From a virus (lineage: Duplodnaviria; Heunggongvirae; Uroviricota; Caudoviricetes): a stretch of 9,856 bases of DNA. Below, one piece after another: positions 1-7,894 of this stretch. Position 1 is the stretch's first letter. Every line of letters begins with the position of its first letter. The stretch is taken from IMG/VR virus record IMGVR_UViG_2698536570_000006, positions 1-9,856 of that record, one strand, 5' to 3'. The translations under genes and the position numbers were made by a program. Below the pieces are notes generated by a model. That model saw nothing but the letters and a program-made list of their open reading frames with translations, ran no database searches and was not told the origin of the DNA.

Positions 1-1086
<1,086 letters not shown>

Positions 1087-1499
1087 CTAACGTCAGAAAA
1101 GAGAGCATATACATCAATCCAAAGTGATGATGGATGAACATCCCGGTTTCTTCCACCATCACACCGGAAAAGCGACTATGAGGGTAACCCTGCGTCTGTC
1201 AGCACAGTAAAACCCGGTGTGCATCGTTTTTGATTATTCCCGCACACTCACGCATAAGGAATTCCCCGTCGGGCTACGGTCATGGTTAATGCGGGAATAC
1301 GGCGACGATACAGCGCAGCTAAAAGGGTAATAGACGGATAGACCGGTTTATTTCATTCCACAGGATTCTGAGTGTCCCCAACTTCCTCCAATAGTCTGAG
1401 CGTACACCTATATAGTTTTAATTTTCATCAATCCATTTAACTATCGTTTAATTGTTGTCACATAGGATTCTGCCATTTTTAACAATGCAGGATAATAAG

Positions 1500-1793
1500 A
1501 TGAAAAAAATGTTGTTTTCTGCCGCTCTGGCAATGCTTATTACAGGATGTGCTCAACAGACGTTTACTGTTGGAAACAAACCGACAGCAGTAACACCAAA
1601 GGAAACCATCACCCATCACTTCTTCGTTTCGGGAATTGGACAGGAGAAAACTGTTGATGCAGCCAAAATTTGTGGCGGCGCAGAAAATGTTGTTAAAACA
1701 GAAACCCAGCAAACATTCGTAAATGGATTGCTCGGTTTTATTACTTTAGGCATTTATACTCCGCTGGAAGCGCGTGTGTATTGCTCACAATAA
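1500..1793 (+). CDS. borD: Bor-family outer-membrane lipoprotein (serum-resistance, lysogenic conversion), 97 aa
   Basis: MKKMLFSAALAMLITGC lipobox followed by AQQTFTV...ETITHHFFVSGIGQEKTVDAAKICGGAENVVKTETQQTFVNGLLGFITLGIYTPLEARVYCSQ, near-identical to lambda Bor as I recall it. ATG at 1500 is preceded by AGGATAA. The track's upstream extension to 1452 is rejected. Confidence 0.9.
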   Translation: MKKMLFSAALAMLITGCAQQTFTVGNKPTAVTPKETITHHFFVSGIGQEKTVDAAKICGGAENVVKTETQQTFVNGLLGFITLGIYTPLEARVYCSQ

Positions 1794-1803
1794 TTGCATG
1801 AGT

Positions 1804-1821
1804 TGCCCATCGATATGGGCA
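1804..1821. terminator. Short hairpin between convergent bor and rzpD (TGCCCAT-cgat-ATGGGCA)
   Basis: 7-bp inverted repeat with 4-nt loop, seen directly, in the 31-bp gap between bor stop (1791-1793) and Rz stop (1825-1827). No clear U-tract on either side, so function as a bidirectional terminator is a guess. Confidence 0.3.
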
Positions 1822-1824
1822 GCT

Positions 1825-2286
1825 CTATCTGCACTGCTCATTAATATACTTCTGGGTTCCTTCCAGTTGTTTTTGCATAGTGATCAGCCTCTCTCTGAGG
1901 GTGAAATAATCCCGTTCAGCGGTGTCTGCCAGTCGGGGGGAGGCTGCATTATCCACGCCGGAGGCGGTGGTGGCTTCACGCACTGACTGACAGACTGCTT
2001 TGATGTGCAACCGACGACGACCAGCGGCAACATCATCACGCAGAGCATCATTTTCAGCTTTCGCATCAGCTAACTCCTTCGTGTATTTTGCATCGAGCGC
2101 AGCAACATCACGCTGACGCATCTGCATGTCAGTAATTGCCGCGTTCGCCAGCTTCAGTTCTCTGGCATTTTTGTCGCGCTGGGCTTTGTAGGTAATGGCG
2201 TTATCACGGTAATGATTAACAGCCCATGACAGGCCGACGATGATGCAGATAACCAGAGCGGAGATAATCGCGGTTACTCTGTTCAT
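1825..2286 (-). CDS. rzpD: Rz i-spanin (inner-membrane spanin subunit), 153 aa
   Basis: [22 protein letters not shown]-terminal TMD, then a coiled-coil-rich periplasmic domain ending ...[11 protein letters not shown] at 2286 overlaps the endolysin stop (ATGA). The upstream in-frame extension to 2298 is rejected. Confidence 0.88.
   Translation of the reverse strand: MNRVTAIISALVICIIVGLSWAVNHYRDNAITYKAQRDKNARELKLANAAITDMQMRQRDVAALDAKYTKELADAKAENDALRDDVAAGRRRLHIKAVCQSVREATTASGVDNAASPRLADTAERDYFTLRERLITMQKQLEGTQKYINEQCR
1884..2066 (-). CDS. rzoD: Rz1 o-spanin lipoprotein, 60 aa, embedded in another frame within rzpD
   Basis: [20 protein letters not shown] lipobox then the proline-rich [19 protein letters not shown], lying wholly inside the Rz ORF: the classic embedded Rz/Rz1 arrangement. 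Confidence 0.85.
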   Translation of the reverse strand: MRKLKMMLCVMMLPLVVVGCTSKQSVSQCVKPPPPPAWIMQPPPDWQTPLNGIISPSERG

Positions 2287-2780
2287 TGCTGACCCCACAA
2301 ACAGATTTCACGCTCAATCTCACGACGAGTCATGAGACCTTTCCATTGCTTACCGCCAGCATATGTCCAGCGACGTAGCTGATCACATGCGCCTTTGATA
2401 TCGCCCTGGTTTATTTTGCGAAGAAGCGTCGATGTTCTGAAATTGCCAGCACCCACGTTGTAAACGAATGAGTAAAGAGCGCCGCGCATTGTTTCCGGTA
2501 TATCGACTTTGATGTACGGGTTAATTTGTCTGGCGACCGTGGCAAGGTCTTTATTCAGGAGGGCTTTGCATTCTGCTTTGGTATACGTTTTACCGAGCAT
2601 GATGTCTTTTCCTGTATGCCCGTGACATACAGTCCATACACCAACAATATCTTTGTATGGTATGTAGCTGACACCTTCCAGACCATCGTTACCACTTGGG
2701 CCAGTAATTAACACTGATGCTATAGCAATTGCTCCGCCACCAATAGCAGCAGCAACGGCTTTTCGTAATGATGGAGGCAT
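2283..2780 (-). CDS. rrrD: SAR (signal-anchor-release) endolysin, T4-lysozyme-type muramidase, 165 aa
   Basis: Gly/Ala-rich weakly hydrophobic N-terminus ([20 protein letters not shown]) typical of a SAR domain, followed by a lysozyme core (...[16 protein letters not shown]...); matches K-12 RrrD/phage 21 R as recalled. ATG at 2780 overlaps the holin stop (TAATG). Confidence 0.9.
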   Translation of the reverse strand: MPPSLRKAVAAAIGGGAIAIASVLITGPSGNDGLEGVSYIPYKDIVGVWTVCHGHTGKDIMLGKTYTKAECKALLNKDLATVARQINPYIKVDIPETMRGALYSFVYNVGAGNFRTSTLLRKINQGDIKGACDQLRRWTYAGGKQWKGLMTRREIEREICLWGQQ

Positions 2781-2995
2781 TATTCACCTCTCGCAGCCTT
2801 GCGCTTATCTTCTTTAATCTTGAAATAAAGGTTTGTCAGGTACGTCAGCAGGCCAAATACCAGGCTACCCAGCACACCTATTGCTGCCCACTGTGAGGGC
2901 GTGACTTTATCGAGCAGCTGTAAAAACCAGTAACCGGCACTACCTGCTGAGGTGCCATAGGCGACACCCGTTGTTAACTTATCCATGGATTTCAT
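2780..2995 (-). CDS. essD: Class II pinholin (S21-like) with dual-start MKSM motif, 71 aa (68-aa form from Met4)
   Basis: [71 protein letters not shown]: two TMDs and a charged C-terminus, S21-like. GAGGTGGGG RBS upstream of ATG at 2995. The track's 86-aa extension to 3040 is rejected. Confidence 0.88.
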
Positions 2996-3040
2996 AACCC
3001 CACCTCGCAGACAAAGCGGGTGTAAATTGAGGGAATACAA

Positions 3041-3584
3041 CGTATCGCAAAAAAGCAGAAACGTAACAGACTCGGAGTCAGTGAATAACTCAGGTATTGA
3101 GTTATCAGCTAATATCGAGACTCAAAAAATGGAAAAACCAGCTCGACGGCGGGTTTAAGCTGTGTGACGAAGTAACCACTCTTAACAGCATAACCAATTT
3201 TTTACGTACGTAAACCACTGAATGATATTTATGAGAATGCTACCGAGTGTTCAAAACACCACCACAAATACATAAGAAAACCTCAACAAATAACCAACAA
3301 ATAATTTCCAGTGTTATTTTTAGCCGATTTAAATTGAACCTTCAAATTATAGAGCACTTATAAATAACAGCTGTTAATATAAATTGGCTAATAGATTTAT
3401 TTTTATTCAGCCAAGAGCTATGAATAGGATTCGATAGAAAAAAGTTCAGATAAAAATAGAGATCTACTTCACAAATCAAACGAGAAACCAAAACTTACAT
3501 CTTGAAATAATCACATTGATTAGATGAATATTTATCGCGCAGTGACATCATTTTTTAATAATAGTTCAAAAAAAAGGGCTCACG
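3041..3584. promoter_or_regulatory. Long AT-rich intergenic region upstream of the porin gene, divergent from the holin start; presumed porin promoter and regulatory region
   Basis: About 540 bp with no ORF of note. Contains a 12-bp palindrome TTACGTACGTAA (3202-3213), a tandem direct repeat CAACAAATAA-c-CAACAAATAA (3284-3304), and an AAGGG RBS before the porin ATG. No promoter hexamers could be assigned confidently by eye. Confidence 0.4.
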
Positions 3585-4682
3585 ATGAAAAAATTAACAG
3601 TGGCAATTTCTGCTGTAGCTGCATCAGTACTGATGGCGATGTCTGCTCAGGCAGCTGAAATTTATAATAAAGACAGTAACAAGCTGGATCTGTACGGGAA
3701 AGTTAATGCCAAGCACTACTTCTCCTCTAATGATGCAGATGATGGTGATACTACTTATGCCCGTCTTGGCTTCAAAGGTGAAACCCAAATCAACGATCAA
3801 CTGACTGGTTTCGGTCAGTGGGAATATGAATTCAAAGGCAACCGCGCTGAATCTCAAGGTTCCTCCAAAGACAAAACCCGTCTTGCATTTGCAGGCCTGA
3901 AATTCGGTGACTACGGCTCAATCGATTACGGCCGTAACTACGGTGTAGCATACGACATCGGTGCGTGGACTGACGTTCTGCCAGAATTCGGTGGCGATAC
4001 CTGGACCCAAACAGATGTGTTCATGACTGGTCGCACCACTGGTGTTGCAACCTATCGTAACAACGACTTCTTTGGTCTGGTTGATGGTCTGAACTTTGCT
4101 GCTCAGTACCAAGGCAAAAACGATCGTAGCGATTTCGATAACTACACTGAAGGTAACGGTGATGGCTTCGGTTTCTCTGCTACCTATGAATACGAAGGAT
4201 TCGGTATCGGTGCAACTTATGCGAAATCTGATCGTACCGACACTCAAGTTAATGCAGGGAAAGTTCTTCCTGAAGTATTTGCTTCCGGTAAAAATGCAGA
4301 AGTTTGGGCCGCAGGTCTGAAATATGACGCTAACAACATTTACCTGGCCACTACCTATTCTGAAACCCAGAATATGACTGTATTTGCTGATCACTTCGTT
4401 GCTAATAAAGCCCAAAACTTCGAAGCTGTTGCACAATATCAGTTCGATTTCGGTCTGCGTCCGTCCGTTGCTTACCTGCAATCTAAAGGTAAAGATCTTG
4501 GAGTATGGGGCGATCAGGACTTAGTCAAATATGTTGATGTAGGTGCAACCTATTACTTCAACAAAAATATGTCTACTTTCGTTGATTACAAAATCAACCT
4601 GCTTGACAAAAATGACTTCACTAAAGCACTCGGTGTAAGCACTGATGACATCGTTGCTGTAGGTCTGGTTTACCAGTTCTAA
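3585..4682 (+). CDS. nmpC: General-diffusion outer-membrane porin of the OmpC/OmpF/PhoE family (NmpC/Lc-type prophage porin), 365 aa, apparently intact
   Basis: Signal peptide [23 protein letters not shown] then AEIYNK. Porin hallmarks are [64 protein letters not shown] and the C-terminal VGLVYQF with terminal Phe. It is encoded opposite to the flanking Q and lysis genes, as in DLP12/PA-2. Confidence 0.9.
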   Translation: MKKLTVAISAVAASVLMAMSAQAAEIYNKDSNKLDLYGKVNAKHYFSSNDADDGDTTYARLGFKGETQINDQLTGFGQWEYEFKGNRAESQGSSKDKTRLAFAGLKFGDYGSIDYGRNYGVAYDIGAWTDVLPEFGGDTWTQTDVFMTGRTTGVATYRNNDFFGLVDGLNFAAQYQGKNDRSDFDNYTEGNGDGFGFSATYEYEGFGIGATYAKSDRTDTQVNAGKVLPEVFASGKNAEVWAAGLKYDANNIYLATTYSETQNMTVFADHFVANKAQNFEAVAQYQFDFGLRPSVAYLQSKGKDLGVWGDQDLVKYVDVGATYYFNKNMSTFVDYKINLLDKNDFTKALGVSTDDIVAVGLVYQF

Positions 4683-4707
4683 TCTGATTACGAAAAAGAT
4701 ATGTTGC

Positions 4708-4724
4708 GGGAGGCGTTGCCTCCC
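4708..4724 (-). terminator. Hairpin GGGAGGC-gtt-GCCTCCC followed on the minus strand by a CTTTTT tract about 10 nt away; candidate early terminator or late-leader structure
   Basis: Perfect 7-bp GC-rich stem seen directly. The U-tract is displaced from the stem, so terminator function is uncertain. Confidence 0.3.
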
Positions 4725-4820
4725 CAACATATAAGTGGCTCCCTCAAGCCACTTCCTTTAGAAGCACAACCTTGCTTCTAACTATATAAACCTTCTGTTA
4801 TATATTACCCTTTATTTTTG

Positions 4821-4855
4821 GGGGCGTCTCAACGCCCCATTTTTAATAATTTTTA
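4821..4855 (+). terminator. Rho-independent terminator (GGGGCGT-ctca-ACGCCCC then ATTTTTAATAATTTTT), probably ending the porin transcript
   Basis: 7-bp GC-rich stem, 4-nt loop, immediate T-run on the plus strand, about 140 nt after the porin stop. It also lies just downstream of the Q stop on the other strand. Confidence 0.6.
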
Positions 4856-4871
4856 GTAAACAATTGGCATA

Positions 4872-5255
4872 TTAATTAGAGTTATTAACAACGATATCCA
4901 TCTCTAACCGGATATCTAATGCCATTAACATCCCTTCAATTATGCCCTCAGCCTTCTGTAACCTTTTCCCGATATAACCATCAGAGCAGCAATGCTTACC
5001 TGCCAGTGACATGAATGTCATACCGACTACATAATAATCTACTAATAAATCGTGCAAATCGCTGTTGTTCTTTTTCAGACGGGCCATGCACCCGCAAATG
5101 ATCATCGCGTCATCGTCACAACATTGCGGGCGAGATTTTACTTTTGAAGGAATTAATCCCTTAAAACCGGCGGCAATGGACGACCAGGTCACATCTTCAT
5201 GATTATTAGCCGCCCACGCTCCCCAACGCTCAAGAACCATCTGAATATCACGCAT
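4872..5255 (-). CDS. quuD: Q-like late-gene antiterminator, 127 aa
   Basis: [60 protein letters not shown]..., matching K-12 QuuD as recalled; Cys-rich, suggesting a zinc-binding motif. ATG at 5255 has GGAG 9 nt upstream. The track's TTG-initiated extension to 5270 is rejected. Confidence 0.85.
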   Translation of the reverse strand: MRDIQMVLERWGAWAANNHEDVTWSSIAAGFKGLIPSKVKSRPQCCDDDAMIICGCMARLKKNNSDLHDLLVDYYVVGMTFMSLAGKHCCSDGYIGKRLQKAEGIIEGMLMALDIRLEMDIVVNNSN

Positions 5256-5340
5256 CAACTTACTCCACAAAAATCAGACCAGAACGCCAATCACAAGCAA
5301 AAATCAACAAAACAGTATTAGTTGATTGTTATCTCTGACT

Positions 5341-5481
5341 TCATACTCCTGCTCCTGTCAGGGTTTTGGCGTAATTCTTCAGTATTCGGTAATCGGTCAA
5401 AACAGAACCGGGGAAACGATATAAGCGCAGATGCCCCCAGCGGTGGCGAAGAAGTTCTGCCATATAAAACTCAAACATCAT
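5341..5481 (-). CDS. ylcG: YlcG-like small protein, 46 aa; absent from the supplied ORF track
   Basis: Found by hand translation of the minus strand: ATGATGTTTGAG... gives [46 protein letters not shown] then stop. The start overlaps the rusA stop and the product matches DLP12 YlcG as recalled. Confidence 0.7.
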   Translation of the reverse strand: MMFEFYMAELLRHRWGHLRLYRFPGSVLTDYRILKNYAKTLTGAGV

Positions 5482-5840
5482 TCATTCCCCATTTCGGTGA
5501 TGGTCAGTTCCAGCCTCCCACCTTTGGTAACAGGCATCTTCACAACGCGGTAATCAACGACCTGAGCATCATCCAGCCAGAAACCTGCTTTAGTGAGTGC
5601 GTCAAAAGCGGCTTTTTGCAGATTATCCAGGTCACGGCGACGGCGATCCGGCATGTGGCACTCAATGCGGATTTTCACAGGCATAGCCAGGCCGATATCC
5701 AGCATTGCGTTTTTAATGATTCGGGCGACGTTATCGCGGTATGCCTGCCCCTCTGCGCTGATGTGCGTGCGCCCGCGATTATGGCGGTAATAGCGATTAT
5801 TGCTCGGAGGCCAGGGTAATGTGATGCTGTAGGTATTCAC
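5478..5840 (-). CDS. rusA: RusA Holliday-junction resolvase, 120 aa
   Basis: [120 protein letters not shown], essentially K-12 RusA. GTG start at 5840 overlaps the ybcO stop (GTGA). Confidence 0.95.
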   Translation of the reverse strand: MNTYSITLPWPPSNNRYYRHNRGRTHISAEGQAYRDNVARIIKNAMLDIGLAMPVKIRIECHMPDRRRRDLDNLQKAAFDALTKAGFWLDDAQVVDYRVVKMPVTKGGRLELTITEMGNE

Positions 5841-6127
5841 GCCTTAATAACCCCCTCTTTCAGCCAGATAACCTGTGTTCTCGCCATACCTTCCAGCGCG
5901 CATTCTTTTGCATATGCAGCATCGACAAAATGTGTGCGGCGGTCGATTTCGTCGTGGCAGGCAGAACATGCAATGGTGGCAATCAGGTCTGGCGGTTTGA
6001 TACCGGTACCGCACAATCCAGCCAGCCGGATATGTGCCAGTACAGACGTTTCAGGGTTGCCATTACATACGCCAGGGATTCTTACCTGGCATTCCCGACC
6101 ACGCGCTGCTTTTCTCAAATCAGCCAT
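5837..6127 (-). CDS. ybcO: YbcO-like Cys-rich nin-region protein (DUF1364-type, putative metal-dependent nuclease), 96 aa
   Basis: [64 protein letters not shown]... with GGAGG RBS upstream of ATG at 6127; matches K-12 YbcO as recalled. The track's longer form from 6166 is rejected. Confidence 0.85.
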   Translation of the reverse strand: MADLRKAARGRECQVRIPGVCNGNPETSVLAHIRLAGLCGTGIKPPDLIATIACSACHDEIDRRTHFVDAAYAKECALEGMARTQVIWLKEGVIKA

Positions 6128-6290
6128 GACTCCTCCTTGCTGCCAGTCGCAACCATTTTTTATCAACCAAGCTGGCGGTATATCCGAGCAGTGTTGGTAT
6201 TTCGGATGGCTTCAGCTCAGGTTTACGCTTACGACGATTTGGTACTCTGTAGATGTGTCCGTTCATGACACGAATAAGCGGTGTAGCCAT
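6120..6290 (-). CDS. ninE: NinE-family protein, 56 aa
   Basis: [65 protein letters not shown]; ATG at 6290 overlaps the ybcN stop (TAATG). The track's longer form from 6353 is rejected. Confidence 0.85.
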   Translation of the reverse strand: MATPLIRVMNGHIYRVPNRRKRKPELKPSEIPTLLGYTASLVDKKWLRLAARRSHG

Positions 6291-6745
6291 TACGCCTCCT
6301 GCTTGTCGCGCAGCAGCTGAAACTCGCAGCTCTGTGGAATAGTCAGGTGGCAACCAATATTCATCGCCCAGGCTTCAACCTTACACAGGAAGACATACAT
6401 CTCTCCGGTATCAAGATCGGAGGTATGGCGTAACGACTGGATAGTGGTGATATCACCGGTTACGACATCAACCAGGTCTTTGGTTTCATAACCGAGATAT
6501 GTGTGTTTGAGAGCATCTTTTACCCAAGCTGGAGTAGCGAACGTTTTACCCTTGCTGATGAGGTATTCACTGATTTCGCTGTACCACATGTGGCTGAGTG
6601 CATTCTGGGAAAGACTGCGTCTCTCGCGCCACGGTTTAAGCACCATGCGAAAGCATTTGCCGTCCTCCAGATAAGGCTGGATCTGCCGACCGATAGCGGT
6701 GAAGTTACCGCGATGCAATTTGATACCATCTTGTGGGAGGTTCAC
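6290..6745 (-). CDS. ybcN: YbcN-like nin-region protein (DNA base-flipping protein family), 151 aa
   Basis: [62 protein letters not shown]... matches DLP12 YbcN as recalled. The start at 6745 is GTG with GGAG upstream; the exact start is uncertain. Confidence 0.82.
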   Translation of the reverse strand: MNLPQDGIKLHRGNFTAIGRQIQPYLEDGKCFRMVLKPWRERRSLSQNALSHMWYSEISEYLISKGKTFATPAWVKDALKHTYLGYETKDLVDVVTGDITTIQSLRHTSDLDTGEMYVFLCKVEAWAMNIGCHLTIPQSCEFQLLRDKQEA

Positions 6746-6864
6746 GCTTCATCTCCGCAGAGATCAAACGCTGGATGCAAAATATCGCAGGTGCATTTCT
6801 GCATCTGTGAATGGAGAAGAGAGGTTGGATTGTATGTGCGCATAAACGTCCCCGTTTAGCGCAG

Positions 6865-6897
6865 AAGTCACCGGAGGAGTTCAAACTCCGGTGACTT
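6865..6897. repeat. Perfect 12-bp inverted repeat AAGTCACCGGAG-n9-CTCCGGTGACTT between the HNH gene stop and the ybcN start
   Basis: Seen directly: GC-rich 12-bp arms with a 9-nt spacer, 41 bp downstream of the HNH-protein stop. No adjacent U-tract on either strand, so it is not a canonical intrinsic terminator. Could be an RNA structure, a factor-dependent terminator or a protein-binding palindrome. Confidence 0.6.
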
Positions 6898-6937
6898 AAT
6901 TATGGCAAGTTGATTGTTGAAAATCAATTTAGTGGAT

Positions 6938-7720
6938 TTAGGCGCAATACAAAGGATCATTAGCAGCTCTAATACCGCCCTGAATCGCAAGCCCTGTATG
7001 GCAATTTGACATTGAGCATGATTGCCATCTGTGCAAGGGACCTCCATTAATCGAAACTTCCAGCAGATCTTTATCTCCTTTCATCCTGACCCCTTCATAC
7101 AACATATCAAGACGCTCAACAATCAATCCTGTTGGAGGTTCCATTTTTAGAACGAGGGCAAACTCTCCTGGCCCACGTCGTATTGTTATACGCGGGCCGG
7201 TACACTCCATATCCCAATTGTCTGATTTAGCTTTCCATTCATTTTCATCTATCAGTAAAGTCTCCTTACCAATAGAATTACAGAAAATTCCTGATAAAAG
7301 CATCGGTCCATGTGGTATGGGTGAAGGTTTCACAGAAAGAATGGGTTGTTCGTTGACTACAATCAAATTTTGACAGTTATGAAACGTCACTCCTGCAAAT
7401 TTTACTGTTATAGGCTCATTATGAAAATCAAACATTTCATTTGCAAAACCAGCCTGTAAGCACTTGGGATTTCTGTCAGCTATTTCCACTGTCTGTGCTG
7501 AAAGTCTACCACGAGCTCTTTTTTGATTGCATTGGGAGCAAAGAAGTGTCATTCCATTCGGATCATGTATTTTGGCATCAACGAAGTCAGGTTTAAAATG
7601 CTCATAATCATAAAATCCAAATCCACAAATTACACAGCCAAAGCCGCACCTTTGCCTTATCTGACGTTTTATTGTCTCAGGTATTCTTCTTGAGAGCCCG
7701 TGTTTATTAATATTGTCCAT
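6938..7720 (-). CDS. Uncharacterised 260-aa protein with an N-terminal HNH-type (zinc-finger) nuclease motif and an about 190-aa C-terminal domain of unknown function
   Basis: Residues about 25-68 read CGFGCVICGFGFYDYEHFKPDFVDAKIHDPNGMTLLCSQCNQKRA, fitting the HNH pattern CxxC...(D/E)H...P...N..LLC..C(N/H)..K. I recognise no family for the remainder. AT-rich coding sequence, weak RBS, ATG at 7720. Confidence 0.7.
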   Translation of the reverse strand: MDNINKHGLSRRIPETIKRQIRQRCGFGCVICGFGFYDYEHFKPDFVDAKIHDPNGMTLLCSQCNQKRARGRLSAQTVEIADRNPKCLQAGFANEMFDFHNEPITVKFAGVTFHNCQNLIVVNEQPILSVKPSPIPHGPMLLSGIFCNSIGKETLLIDENEWKAKSDNWDMECTGPRITIRRGPGEFALVLKMEPPTGLIVERLDMLYEGVRMKGDKDLLEVSINGGPLHRWQSCSMSNCHTGLAIQGGIRAANDPLYCA

Positions 7721-7734
7721 ATGGTTAGTACGCT

Positions 7735-7776
7735 ATAAGTTTGTTTCTATAATTTTACCACAATAGATAAGTTTGT
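7735..7776. repeat. Two exact copies of ATAAGTTTGT (7735-7744 and 7767-7776) spaced 32 bp apart, immediately upstream of the HNH gene start
   Basis: Seen directly in the 5' leader or promoter region of the HNH gene. Spacing of about three helical turns suggests a paired operator or iteron, but this is inference. Confidence 0.5.
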
Positions 7777-7850
7777 ATCAGAAATCGCTATATGGAGTGA
7801 GCGGAATATTTATATTATTCATACAATTGCTCTCCCGTACGCAGCCCGCA

Positions 7851-7876
7851 CTTCCGTCATCGCAGAATGACGGAAG
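7851..7876. repeat. Perfect 10-bp inverted repeat CTTCCGTCAT-cgcaga-ATGACGGAAG between the 107-aa ORF and the HNH gene
   Basis: Seen directly; 19 bp downstream of the 107-aa ORF stop (7895) on the minus strand. No U-tract. Candidate transcript-end structure or regulator-binding palindrome. Confidence 0.6.
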
Positions 7877-7894
7877 CCTTACTAACTAGCGCCT

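Noticed and set aside
1452-1499. Upstream extension of bor to 1452 (113-aa form)
   Set aside because: Bor family proteins begin at the MKKML signal peptide; the internal ATG at 1500 has an RBS-like AGGATAA, and the extension adds no conserved sequence.
1479-1986. ORFs 1479-1712 (minus) and 1774-1986 (plus)
   Set aside because: Antisense to bor and to Rz respectively; no protein-like features.
2287-2298. Longer Rz form starting at 2298 (MGSAMNRV...)
   Set aside because: The ATG at 2286 gives the conserved 153-aa Rz and the usual ATGA overlap with the endolysin stop.
2996-3040. 86-aa holin form starting at 3040
   Set aside because: The conserved pinholin begins at the MKSM dual-start motif (2995), which has a strong GAGGTGGGG RBS; the extension is not conserved.
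3624-4730. ORFs inside or antisense to the porin gene (3624-3857, 3918-4481, 4096-4320, 4521-4730)
   Set aside because: They overlap a strongly supported porin CDS and have low-complexity or atypical translations. Late transcription does cross this region antisense, but I see no evidence that these are coding.
4781-4871. Specific -35/-10 assignment for a late promoter on the minus strand (for example TTGAGA...TAATAT)
   Set aside because: The best candidate has a 19-bp spacer and sits inside the terminator hairpin; I cannot support a specific promoter call by eye.
5256-5270. TTG-initiated 132-aa form of the Q-like gene
   Set aside because: The ATG at 5255 with GGAG upstream gives the 127-aa QuuD length; the TTG extension lacks support.
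5322-5819. Plus-strand 165-aa ORF (and 5593-5790)
   Set aside because: Antisense to ylcG and rusA, both well-supported minus-strand genes; Arg/Ser-rich translation with no motifs.
5930-6320. Plus-strand ORFs 5930-6268 and 5934-6320
   Set aside because: Antisense to ybcO and ninE; no recognisable features.
6503-6859. ORFs 6503-6859 (plus) and 6520-6729 (minus)
   Set aside because: They overlap ybcN in other frames or on the other strand; ybcN is the supported gene.
6865-6897. The 12-bp palindrome read as a canonical rho-independent terminator
   Set aside because: No U-tract follows the stem on either strand, so I list it as a repeat or regulatory structure instead.
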